Positions 44,543 through 53,380 of a DNA stretch of 64,000 nt are shown one piece after another. The DNA comes from Bacteroidota bacterium (GTDB taxonomy: Bacteria; Bacteroidota; Bacteroidia; Bacteroidales; CAIXZF01), in assembly GCA_022709385.1 (NCBI GenBank), contig JAKLIX010000002.1, positions 44,535 through 108,534 on the forward strand, given 5' to 3'. Each line of letters starts with the position of its first letter. Position 1 is the stretch's first letter. Made by a program: the position numbers and the translations under genes. The notes beneath the pieces were generated by a model. It had not been told where the DNA came from and did not search any database. It was given only the letters and a program-made list of their open reading frames with translations.

Positions 44543-45312
44543 GACGATTTCATCCCTTTAAGCCACCCGATCCACGGCATCAGGCTTTCTTCCTGCTTTA
44601 CCGACAGTTCAAATACCTTCAGGTGATGGTTTACCTGCATCAGGTTAGTCCTGGCTACCTCAATATCGAAGTCCACATAAGGCAGCAGGTCGGTCTTACT
44701 GATGATGCAGACATCCGCCGACATGAACATGGTAGGGTATTTGAGCGGTTTATCGTCTCCTTCTGTCACGCTGAACAGCACCACCCTGTGATCCTCCCCC
44801 AGGTCGAACAGGGAAGGACAGACAAGGTTGCCTACATTCTCAATGAACATCAGCTTTACGCTTTCGAATGCCCCTTCCTTCATGGCTTTGGCAACCATAG
44901 CCGCATCCAGGTGGCAACCGTTACCGGTATTGACCTGAATGACAGGTACTCCCGTGGCCATGATCCTTTCAGCGTCCAGCAGGGTTTGCTGATCGCCTTC
45001 AATTACGCCGGCAGGGAGTTCGTCTTTTAAGGCGGCCAGTGTCTTTTCCAGCAGGCTGGTCTTACCCGAGCCGGGAGCGCTCATCAGGTTGATGACCTTG
45101 ATCCCGAGGGCCTCGAAATAACCCCTGTTCCTTTCGGCCAGCAGGCTGTTTTTGCGGAGTACATCCTGTTCCAGTTGAAGCAGTCCGCTTTTATGGGGCC
45201 GCTCGTGATGGTGAGCTGCTGTTTCTCCGTGTTCATGATGACCGCTGTCCACATCCGGCCGGCTGATTGTTGCTTCTTCCCCCGGAAGACCGCAACCGCA
45301 TGTTTCACACAT
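44539..45312 (-). CDS. hypB: [NiFe]-hydrogenase nickel-insertion GTPase
   Basis: N-terminal MCETCGCG metal site, His-rich linker (HHEHGETAAHHHERPH), P-loop GSGKTSLL, ENVGNLVCP. Confidence 0.9.
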   Translation of the reverse strand: MCETCGCGLPGEEATISRPDVDSGHHEHGETAAHHHERPHKSGLLQLEQDVLRKNSLLAERNRGYFEALGIKVINLMSAPGSGKTSLLEKTLAALKDELPAGVIEGDQQTLLDAERIMATGVPVIQVNTGNGCHLDAAMVAKAMKEGAFESVKLMFIENVGNLVCPSLFDLGEDHRVVLFSVTEGDDKPLKYPTMFMSADVCIISKTDLLPYVDFDIEVARTNLMQVNHHLKVFELSVKQEESLMPWIGWLKGMKSS

Positions 45313-45355
45313 AATACTGAATATAAATGGTTTATAAGTACTCTTTTATTTAACT

Positions 45356-45703
45356 CTATGAACTGATCTCAACCGAAAGCAAACGCAACTGCCTGCCCGA
45401 CAGCAGGTGAAAGCCGGTACTGCCACAGCCTGGACAGCTTGCCATAAAAAGGTCCTCAAGAGCGAAAACCGTTCCACAAGCCCGGCATTCCGCTTCACCC
45501 GACACCCTGGTGATCTGAATGACAGCCTTTTCCATGATGGTATCCTTTACGGACAGTTCCAGGGCAAAGGCCAGGGAGTCCACATCCACGCCGGAGAAAG
45601 CACCAACCTCAATATGGACGGCAGTGACCAGCAAAACTCCTTCCTTCATGGCATTTTCTGTCACGAGGTCTGCAATTTCGGCTGCAATGGTCAGTTCATG
45701 CAT
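45356..45703 (-). CDS. hypA: [NiFe]-hydrogenase nickel-insertion metallochaperone
   Basis: 115 aa. MHELTIA start; zinc site CRACG ... CPGCGS. Confidence 0.9.
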   Translation of the reverse strand: MHELTIAAEIADLVTENAMKEGVLLVTAVHIEVGAFSGVDVDSLAFALELSVKDTIMEKAVIQITRVSGEAECRACGTVFALEDLFMASCPGCGSTGFHLLSGRQLRLLSVEISS

Positions 45704-45709
45704 GGCATC

Positions 45710-46720
45710 TCAACAGATACGTGGTAATATTTCTCCCAGCAGGGGGTGTACAATCCTCCGCCCTCCTACCCCGGTCAGCATCACCACCCTGCCGGGCGAC
45801 TGATCCGTGATCCTGCCGATACAGGCTGCATATTGTCCCAACGGGTGTGCTTTCATTTGCTGCAGCAGTTCCGCTGTTTCTTCCTCAGGCACCACAAGCA
45901 CCAGCTTGCCTTCGTTGGCCAGGGTCAGCACATCGAAACCGAGCAGTTCGCAGAGACCTTCCACTTCCGGCCTCACCGGGATGGCCGTTTCTTCGACGAA
46001 GACGCCGCAGTGCTGCTGCAGGGCCAACTCATTCAGAAGCGTTCCCAGGCCGCCCCGGGTCGGATCCCGCATCCATTTAAGCCTGAAGCCACTGTGAACA
46101 AGCGATGCCACCAGTTCATGCAGACAGGCATTGTCGGAAGACACGCCGGAGCTGAACCCGAGGTCATTCCTGGCCTGAAGGACAGCCATGGCGTGATCGC
46201 CGATAAAGCCGTTCACGATGATGCTGTCACCGCACGTAACTTCATATTGATGGCCGGGCTTGCGGTAAGCGGGCAACAGGCAACCTATGCCGCTGGTATT
46301 GATGAAGATCTGATCGCACTTTCCTTTTTCCACAACCTTGGTATCGGCAGTCACCAGGCTGATCCCCGCCTTTTCGGCTTCCGCTGCCATGGACGACACC
46401 ACGGATTCCAGCAGCTTCATATCGCATCCTTCCTCCAGGATAAAACCCGCACTCAGGAATAGCGGCCGGGCACCTGAAACAGCCAGGTCGTTCACCGTGC
46501 CGCAGACGGCCAGCTTGCCGATGTTGCCGCCGGGATAAAAAAGCGGGTGTATGACAAAAGAATCCGTGGTAAACACCAGCGTCGACCCGGGTATTTCCAG
46601 CAGGGCCGCATCCCTGCCTTCCAGCAGCTGAGGTGCCCTGAAATATTTCCGGAACAAACCGCTGATCAGATCGGCGGTCAGTTTCCCGCCGCTTCCGTGC
46701 CCCAGTAATATTTTATCCAT
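45710..46720 (-). CDS. hypE: [NiFe]-hydrogenase maturation protein (carbamoyl dehydratase)
   Basis: From the ATG at 46720: MDKILLGHGSGGKLT. AIR-synthase-like fold motifs. C-terminal ...LPRIC typical of HypE. Confidence 0.9.
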   Translation of the reverse strand: MDKILLGHGSGGKLTADLISGLFRKYFRAPQLLEGRDAALLEIPGSTLVFTTDSFVIHPLFYPGGNIGKLAVCGTVNDLAVSGARPLFLSAGFILEEGCDMKLLESVVSSMAAEAEKAGISLVTADTKVVEKGKCDQIFINTSGIGCLLPAYRKPGHQYEVTCGDSIIVNGFIGDHAMAVLQARNDLGFSSGVSSDNACLHELVASLVHSGFRLKWMRDPTRGGLGTLLNELALQQHCGVFVEETAIPVRPEVEGLCELLGFDVLTLANEGKLVLVVPEEETAELLQQMKAHPLGQYAACIGRITDQSPGRVVMLTGVGGRRIVHPLLGEILPRIC

Positions 46721-47798
46721 CTTCACGGTAAAGATAATGCGCATGACAGGCCCCTTCGGAAGACACCATACAGGCTCCCACAGGATCGGATGGCTGACAG
46801 ATATTTGCAAAAAGCGGGCAATCGGCCGGAGTTTTGACACCTTTTAAAACCAGGCCACAGATACAGCCCGGCGGTTCTTTATTTTCCACCGCCTGCATCC
46901 CGAACTTCTCCTCCGCATTCCAGGCAGCATATTCCGGCCGTATTTTCAGCCCGCTGTAAGGGATCACTCCGAGGCCGCGCCACCAATCATCCTTTAATTC
47001 GAAATACTTGTCCATCAGCTCCCTGGCCTTCAGGTTCCCCTCCGGCCTGACTACCCTGCGGTACTGTATCTCCACAACCGGCTCATGTGACACATATTGT
47101 TTCACCAGCATCAGGATGCTCTCGAGGATATCGACCGCTTCGAAGCCCGAGATAACACAACAGGCACCGAAGCGGGAAGGAAGATGGCGGTACACCTCCG
47201 AACCCGTGATGGCGCTCACATGGCCGGGACAAATATATCCGTGTATCGGACTTCCCTGCTCCAGGAGTGCATCCATGGCAGGTATCATGACCTTATGAGC
47301 GCTGAAGACCGAGAAATTCCGGAGTTTCTCCTTCACTGCCAGGTCGAGGCCGGCTGCAGTGGCAGGGGCCGTGGTTTCGAAACCGATACCAAGGAAAACG
47401 ATTTCCTTTTGCGGTTCTTTTCTTGCCATTTCGATCGCTTCCAGCAGGGAATAGACCACCCGGATATCGGCGCCGAGTGCCCTGGCTTCAGCCAGGTTCC
47501 CGCCGGAACCAGGCACCCGGATCAGGTCGCCGTAAGTGGTAATGGTGACTTTCTCCTTTCGGATCAGTGCAAGTGCCTGATCGATAAAGTCGTATGATGT
47601 GACACATACCGGACAACCCGGACCGGACAGCAGCCGGATGCCGGGAGGCAGCAGCGAGGGCAGGCCGGCTTTCTGTATGGCCATGGTATGTCCTCCGCAC
47701 ACCTCCATCAGATTGACAGAGGGTGGAGCAATCCGCCCGATTTCTTCAATCAGCAGTTGAACCAATTCCTTGTCGCGGAATGCTTCCAGGGACTTCAT
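46713..47798 (-). CDS. hypD: [NiFe]-hydrogenase maturation Fe-S protein
   Basis: From the ATG at 47798 (ATGA overlap with the hypC stop): MKSLEAFRDKELVQ; CGGHT; GPGCPVCVT; FETTAP; C-terminal SSEGACHAHY. Confidence 0.9.
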   Translation of the reverse strand: MKSLEAFRDKELVQLLIEEIGRIAPPSVNLMEVCGGHTMAIQKAGLPSLLPPGIRLLSGPGCPVCVTSYDFIDQALALIRKEKVTITTYGDLIRVPGSGGNLAEARALGADIRVVYSLLEAIEMARKEPQKEIVFLGIGFETTAPATAAGLDLAVKEKLRNFSVFSAHKVMIPAMDALLEQGSPIHGYICPGHVSAITGSEVYRHLPSRFGACCVISGFEAVDILESILMLVKQYVSHEPVVEIQYRRVVRPEGNLKARELMDKYFELKDDWWRGLGVIPYSGLKIRPEYAAWNAEEKFGMQAVENKEPPGCICGLVLKGVKTPADCPLFANICQPSDPVGACMVSSEGACHAHYLYREDG

Positions 47799-48034
47799 TC
47801 CCCTTCCCCTCCCGTTTCCTTTTGTTGTAACTCCCTGATCAGACGCAGGCTCTCCATGGCATCTGCTTCGCTGATCTTCCCAATGGCAAAACCGCAATGC
47901 AGCAACACATAATCCCCGACGGCCGCTTCCTCCAGCAAAGCCAGTGAAGCCTTCACCTCCGTACCGCCGATGCTCACGATGGCCAACGGTCCGTCAGTCA
48001 TGCTGACGATCCTGGCCGGAATACTCAAACACAT
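47795..48034 (-). CDS. hypC: [NiFe]-hydrogenase maturation chaperone
   Basis: 79 aa. MCLSIPARIVS N-terminus with the essential Cys2. Its start overlaps the hypF stop by 1 nt. Confidence 0.9.
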   Translation of the reverse strand: MCLSIPARIVSMTDGPLAIVSIGGTEVKASLALLEEAAVGDYVLLHCGFAIGKISEADAMESLRLIRELQQKETGGEGE

Positions 48035-50337
48035 CAGGCCTTCCTCCTTTCCACAGCCACGATCATCTGTCCGAGGGCAATGCCACCGTCATTGGCCGGC
48101 AACTGCAAGGGTGAATAAACCTGGAAACCTAAATTATTCAACTGATTTTCAATATTTTCCAAAAGAATCGCATTCTGGAAACTGCCTCCCGAAAGTACAA
48201 CATTTTTACAGCCGCTCAGGACATGCATGCTTTTTACCATTTCCACCACCGCATACACCATGGTATGATGAAAGCGGGAGGCGATCAGGGGAAGCGGCAG
48301 TTTATTCCTGAGGTCGGAAATGATCTGCCTGACCATAGGATCGAACTTCACAACCGTTTGAACATCTATATGATACCTTTCATCCGCTGCTCTTTCGGCC
48401 AGGGATTCAAGCCGCATGGGAGCTTCGGCTTCAAAACTATTGACCCGGCAAATGTCCAGCAAGGCGGCTACGGCATCGAAATAACGTCCTGCACCACAGC
48501 TTTCCGGACAGTTGATCCTGTTTTCCATGGCCCTGGTAAGCAGGAAACGGTGTTCCGGGGAAATGCGGCTGCTGAAGGCCGGAATCAGATCCGGCCAGTC
48601 CTTACCATATATATTATATAACAATGAGACTGCCATACGCCAGGGTTCCAGGGCTGCCACATCTCCGCCTGGCATCATAAGATACTGAAAATGACCATAT
48701 CGCTTAAAGCTATCCCGCCTGACGAAGAAAAATTCACTGCCCCAGATTTTCCCGTCTTTACCATATCCAGTTCCGTCGAGGCACACTCCGAGGGTTTCTC
48801 CCCTTAAACCATGTTCCGCCATACAGGAGACCAGGTGGGCATGGTGGTGCTGCACCGGAATCACCGGCAGGCCGAAAGCATGAGCCATTGCATTGGAAAA
48901 ATAGGCCGGATGAGCATCGCAGGCAATCACTTCGGGCATGAAGCGGAACATTTCGAAAAAGCGGTCGAGATTGTACCGGAAATACTCTGTTACCGGGGCA
49001 TTTCCGAGGTCACCGGTATGAGGACCGGGGATTGCCTGGAAATCTTTTCCGATGGCGAAGGCATTCCTGATATCCCCGCCCATGGCGAGGATCCCCTCCA
49101 CAGAAAGATCAACATCTACGGGTGAAGGCACATAGCCCCTGGCTCTGCGGATCAGCCTGCTTTTTCCGTTCACGATGAAACATACCGAATCGTCCACCCT
49201 GTTCACGATGTCCCGGTTGTGGTCCAGCAGTGCATCAAAGACATTTCCGAGCGCAGACCAAGCGTTGTCTGCGTCGGCCACAAGGGGTTCATCAGCAAGG
49301 TTGGCGCTGGTCATGACCAGGGCGGGCAAATCCATCTCCCGGAACAGGAGATGATGCAGGGGGGCATAAGGCAGCATGGCGCCGATACGGTTCAATCCGT
49401 TACATACCGCCGGAGCCAGGTTTTTTTTGATTGCAGCCAGCACAATGGGCCGTTGCCAGGAAAGAAGGCTTTGTCTTTCATCATCATTCAGGCTGACATA
49501 CTCCTCAGCGGCAGCAAGATCGCGAAACATGACCGCAAAAGGCTTCCCGTCGCGGCCTTTTCTGGTCCTCAGTGCCTTCACAACCTCCTCATTGCCTGCA
49601 TCACAAGCCAGGTGAAAACCCCCTATCCCTTTCACTGCCAAGATCCTGGCATCGCTGAGCAGGCGGGCAGTACGCCGTACGGCTTCATCGGCCTCAGAGG
49701 TCAGTTGATTTCCTTCATACAGGCTGATGATGGGGCCACAATCCCGGCAGGCCACAGGCTGTGCATGAAAGCGGCGGTCTTCAATGTCATCGTACTCCTG
49801 ACGGCATGAAGGGCACATGGGAAAGGATGCCATGCTGGTCTTCTGCCTGTCATAAGGCAGGGTGTGCACAATGGAAAAACGTGGTCCGCAATGGGTACAG
49901 TTCACAAAGGGGTAATCCATCCGTTTATCCTGCCGCCGCATGTCCTCAAGGCAGGCTTCGCAAACCGCGATATCCGGACAAATCTCCGTGATCGCCGCTG
50001 AATGGTCCAGACTGGGCAGAATCCGGAATTCAGCAAACCTTTCCGGGCCGGCCGGTTCCACCCTCAGCGATTTGATCCTGGCTGCCCGTGGCGCTTCCGT
50101 GACGATATGTTCCGTAAAGGCAGCCAGGTCACCTCCCGTGGCAAGGATGATCACGCCACTGTTGCAATTGCTGACAGTCCCCTTCACCTGAAAACGCTTT
50201 GCCAGCAAATAAATGAACGGTCTGAAACCCACACCCTGCACCAAGCCCTGTACAGTAATTCTGATTACCTGATTATCAATCAACTGAGTTTCCTTTTGAT
50301 CAGATATCCCGTCAGGTTTCCGGATGATGCCGCTCAT
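48034..50337 (-). CDS. hypF: [NiFe]-hydrogenase maturation carbamoyltransferase
   Basis: Acylphosphatase domain (ITVQGLVQGVGFRPFIY). Two Zn fingers (CEACLEDM..CTHCGPRFS; CPSCRQEY..CRDCGP). YrdC-like and Kae1-like domains. The ATG at 50337 is preferred over the TTG at 50466; the exact start is uncertain. Confidence 0.85.
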   Translation of the reverse strand: MSGIIRKPDGISDQKETQLIDNQVIRITVQGLVQGVGFRPFIYLLAKRFQVKGTVSNCNSGVIILATGGDLAAFTEHIVTEAPRAARIKSLRVEPAGPERFAEFRILPSLDHSAAITEICPDIAVCEACLEDMRRQDKRMDYPFVNCTHCGPRFSIVHTLPYDRQKTSMASFPMCPSCRQEYDDIEDRRFHAQPVACRDCGPIISLYEGNQLTSEADEAVRRTARLLSDARILAVKGIGGFHLACDAGNEEVVKALRTRKGRDGKPFAVMFRDLAAAEEYVSLNDDERQSLLSWQRPIVLAAIKKNLAPAVCNGLNRIGAMLPYAPLHHLLFREMDLPALVMTSANLADEPLVADADNAWSALGNVFDALLDHNRDIVNRVDDSVCFIVNGKSRLIRRARGYVPSPVDVDLSVEGILAMGGDIRNAFAIGKDFQAIPGPHTGDLGNAPVTEYFRYNLDRFFEMFRFMPEVIACDAHPAYFSNAMAHAFGLPVIPVQHHHAHLVSCMAEHGLRGETLGVCLDGTGYGKDGKIWGSEFFFVRRDSFKRYGHFQYLMMPGGDVAALEPWRMAVSLLYNIYGKDWPDLIPAFSSRISPEHRFLLTRAMENRINCPESCGAGRYFDAVAALLDICRVNSFEAEAPMRLESLAERAADERYHIDVQTVVKFDPMVRQIISDLRNKLPLPLIASRFHHTMVYAVVEMVKSMHVLSGCKNVVLSGGSFQNAILLENIENQLNNLGFQVYSPLQLPANDGGIALGQMIVAVERRKA

Positions 50338-50471
50338 GATGATAGCAGGTAAAGAAACCACTGTGTGGCGATTCCGTAAAAATTCATTATTTTTATGCCT
50401 TGTAACAGGCGAAAGTACGGAAAAATCGGAGAATCGATCCGTCAGCAGCCTGAACAGCGTATGCAAAACCG

Positions 50472-51179
50472 ATGAACATCCGTCAAAACTGTGAAAGCTG
50501 CAATGTGTTGTGCAAGTCCCTGTTCAGCAGCCTTGACAAGACAGATTTACTGCAACTTAGCCTGAACAAGCGCTGTCATTTTTACAAACGCGGGCAGGCT
50601 GTTTTTTCTGCGGGATCGAGGCCGGGCGGGATCTATTGCATTCATCAGGGAAAAGTTAAAGTCTTCCGTACAGGGGAAGCAGGCAAGGAACAGATCCTGC
50701 GTTTCGCCCTTGCCGGTGAGTTCATCGGATTAAGAGCGTTTTTAAAAGACATGCATTACAGCGCCAATGCCGTTGCCCTGGAAGACAGCATCATCTGCTT
50801 TATCAACCGTCAGGATTTCTCCTTCATTCTTCACAAATATCCACAGATCACCACCAGGATCGTGATGATACTCAGTCAGATGCTTGATGATGCCGATCAG
50901 AAGATCACCTCCCTGGCGCAGAAACCTGTCAGGGAAAGGCTGGCAGAAACCCTGGTGATGCTTACGCGGACTTTCAAACCGGCCGGGCAGACCGTAATCA
51001 ACGGTTATCCTGTCATCACCCTCTCGAGAGAAGATCTTGCCAACCTGATCGGAACAGCCACAGAAACAGTGATCAGACTGCTTTCAGAATTCAAACACGA
51101 CGGCCTGATCACACTCAATGGCAGGAAAATATCCATACTGGACCTGCAGCGGCTGCGCAAGATCGGCAACCTGATTTAA
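50472..51179 (+). CDS. Crp/Fnr-family transcriptional regulator with an FNR-type N-terminal Cys cluster
   Basis: 235 aa. C7-x2-C10-x3-C14 (NCESCNVLCKSLF) plus C109 (LEDSIICFI), which align by eye with E. coli FNR C20/C23/C29/C122. cNMP-like beta-barrel. C-terminal HTH LSREDLANLIGTATETVIRLLSEF. Confidence 0.8.
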   Translation: MNIRQNCESCNVLCKSLFSSLDKTDLLQLSLNKRCHFYKRGQAVFSAGSRPGGIYCIHQGKVKVFRTGEAGKEQILRFALAGEFIGLRAFLKDMHYSANAVALEDSIICFINRQDFSFILHKYPQITTRIVMILSQMLDDADQKITSLAQKPVRERLAETLVMLTRTFKPAGQTVINGYPVITLSREDLANLIGTATETVIRLLSEFKHDGLITLNGRKISILDLQRLRKIGNLI

Positions 51180-51284
51180 GAAATACGCATTTTCCCTTGT
51201 TTCGGGAGAGAATCCTGAGTCTTTGCCTTCAGTAGCCCTTGTGGTTCCTATACTCCGAAAGGGCGGAGCACAGTCGGTGATTCG

Positions 51285-51315
51285 ATGTGACACATGGATC
51301 CATGATGTGTCACAT
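51285..51315. promoter_or_regulatory. Pair of ATGTG(A/T)CACAT palindromes at 20-bp spacing, between the fnr-like gene and the hdrA/mvh operon
   Basis: ATGTGACACAT at 51285-51295 and ATGTGTCACAT at 51305-51315. The spacer contains the palindrome CATGGATCCATG. Confidence 0.55.
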
Positions 51316-51463
51316 CACTGAAATACCTGCAATGCAGACCTCGATATCCTTTAAGATTAAAATGTGCTGATAAAAGTGAAACATGTTCATTTATCGATAA
51401 ATGACAACAATCATATTTTTTCATGACGATCATCATGGCCAGCAGATGCTGAATCCCGTACTA

Positions 51464-51502
51464 TTGTGAATCTTTTAACAACTATTGTTAATTGCTTCAC
51501 AA
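51464..51502. promoter_or_regulatory. Two inverted putative Crp/Fnr-type operators upstream of the hdrA/qmoC/mvh operon
   Basis: TTGTGAATCTTTTAACAA (51464-51481) and TTGTTAATTGCTTCACAA (51485-51502; reverse complement TTGTGAAGCAATTAACAA). Both are TGTGA-N6-TAACA. Centres lie ~98 and ~77 bp upstream of the ATG at 51570. Confidence 0.55.
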
Positions 51503-51569
51503 TATTAGCATAGTATTGTTTTTCAACGTTCTAAAAACATATCACTGACATTCATAATACATACAATTT

Positions 51570-53363
51570 ATGGCAGGAGACAAAACAACGGGCATCATTT
51601 TCTATCATCCGGATGCAGCATTTTATCAGAGTGATGCCTATGCCGCCATCCGTGATTATGCCGCAGGCTTACCGGGAGTCCGGTCTGTGATCGACGGCCT
51701 GGAAGTGGATCTGAGCTGCTTGGATACGCTGGCATCCGTCATTAAAAAGCATGATCCCGCAAGGGTTGTGATCGCCGGGGTCATGCCGGGATTGATCAAA
51801 TCGGCTGTAGCGCGTGTGCTTTCTGAGACAGGGAAAGATCCGGGCAATATCAGGCTGGTTGACTGGAGCGTACTCCATGGTTTGAACGGGCAGTGGCTTG
51901 AGCTGACCAAAGCCATGCTTGCCAGTGCCGTTGCCGGCATGATGCCGGAGGAATGCCTGATACCGTCCAGACACCCTGTACATCCGGATACCCTGGTCAT
52001 CGGCGGAGGGATCGCCGGCATCCAGGCATCGCTTGAGGTAGCGGATGCGGGCCGTAATGTAATCCTGGTGGAAAAAAGCGGCACCATCGGCGGGCACATG
52101 GCCATGTTCGACAAGACCTTCCCCACCCTCGACTGTGCAGCCTGCATCCTGACACCAAAGATGGTGGAAGTGGGTCAGCACAGCATGATAGATTTATTGA
52201 CCTGCACTGAGGTGGAAGCAGTGACGGGAGTACCGGGTGATTATACCGTCAGCTTGCTGAAACGTGCAAGGAGGGTGAACCTGGCAACCTGCATCGGTTG
52301 CGGTACCTGTGCGGAAAAATGTCCACGGACCGCTCCCAGTGAATTCGACGCTTTGACCACCCACCGGAAAGCCATCTATATTCCATTTCCCCAGGCAGTT
52401 CCCAACAAATACCTGATAGACCCGGCTCACTGCACCTATGTGGAAAACGGCAAATGCGGCGTTTGCGTGAAGGTCTGTCCCGTGCCCGACTGCATCAATC
52501 TCGATGAAAAAGACCAGCGCACGGAGATCAAAGTGGGCAACATCATTGTAGCCACCGGGTTCCAGGTCTTTGATGCAGCCCGTGTACCCCAGTACGGCTA
52601 TGGAAAATTCCCAAATGTGCTTACCTCACTTGAATTTGAACGTCTGGTCAATGCAGCCGGACCTACCGGAGGCAATATTACTTTCAGGAGCCAGGACAAG
52701 AAAGGAAACTGGATTTTCAAAGGCGACAGCGATACCCCGTCCCGGGTGGGGATCATTCATTGCGTGGGCAGCAGGGATGAGAACCATCACCCTTATTGTT
52801 CCAAGGTTTGCTGTATGTATTCCCTCAAACTGGCCCACCTGGTGAAAGAGAAACTGCCTCAGGCATCCGTGTACGAATATTTCATCGACATGCGTGCTTT
52901 CGGGAAGGGTTACGAGGAATTTTACGAGCGGATCAAAGAAGAAGGCGTGCACATCATCAGGGGAAGGACAGCCAAGGTGGAAGAACGCAACGGGAAGCTG
53001 ATGATGCGGAGTGAGGACATCCTCAATGACCGCCTGATAGAGCAGGAGGTAGATATGGTCATCCTGGCGGTGGGGCTTGAGCCCAGGGAAGATGCAGCTG
53101 CGCTGGCAGCCAGTCTGGGCATCAGCAGGAGCAACGACGGCTGGTTTGCAGAAACCAACCGCTGTCTGGAGCCAAGTACCACCTTTACGGGAGGGATCTC
53201 CATTGCAGGTGTCTGCCAGGGACCCAAAGACATACCTGACACCGTAGCCCAGGCTTCTGCGGCGGCCGCCCGTGTGCTGCAGAGCCTTGTAAGCGGCGAA
53301 ATTGCCGGCAGCATAAAGGCAGTCGGATTGCAAACCGTTGAAGATCAAATCAAAAACAAATAA
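51570..53363 (+). CDS. hdrA: HdrA/QmoA-like FAD- and Fe-S-containing oxidoreductase, paralog 1 (Cys-less N-terminal domain, inserted ferredoxin domain)
   Basis: FAD motif [20 protein letters not shown]; KTFPTLDCAACILTPKM; inserted CIGCGTCAEKCP ... CGVCVKVCP; [24 protein letters not shown]; C-terminal [23 protein letters not shown]. Confidence 0.85.
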   Translation: MAGDKTTGIIFYHPDAAFYQSDAYAAIRDYAAGLPGVRSVIDGLEVDLSCLDTLASVIKKHDPARVVIAGVMPGLIKSAVARVLSETGKDPGNIRLVDWSVLHGLNGQWLELTKAMLASAVAGMMPEECLIPSRHPVHPDTLVIGGGIAGIQASLEVADAGRNVILVEKSGTIGGHMAMFDKTFPTLDCAACILTPKMVEVGQHSMIDLLTCTEVEAVTGVPGDYTVSLLKRARRVNLATCIGCGTCAEKCPRTAPSEFDALTTHRKAIYIPFPQAVPNKYLIDPAHCTYVENGKCGVCVKVCPVPDCINLDEKDQRTEIKVGNIIVATGFQVFDAARVPQYGYGKFPNVLTSLEFERLVNAAGPTGGNITFRSQDKKGNWIFKGDSDTPSRVGIIHCVGSRDENHHPYCSKVCCMYSLKLAHLVKEKLPQASVYEYFIDMRAFGKGYEEFYERIKEEGVHIIRGRTAKVEERNGKLMMRSEDILNDRLIEQEVDMVILAVGLEPREDAAALAASLGISRSNDGWFAETNRCLEPSTTFTGGISIAGVCQGPKDIPDTVAQASAAAARVLQSLVSGEIAGSIKAVGLQTVEDQIKNK

Positions 53364-53380
53364 AGGGAGCATTGACAATT

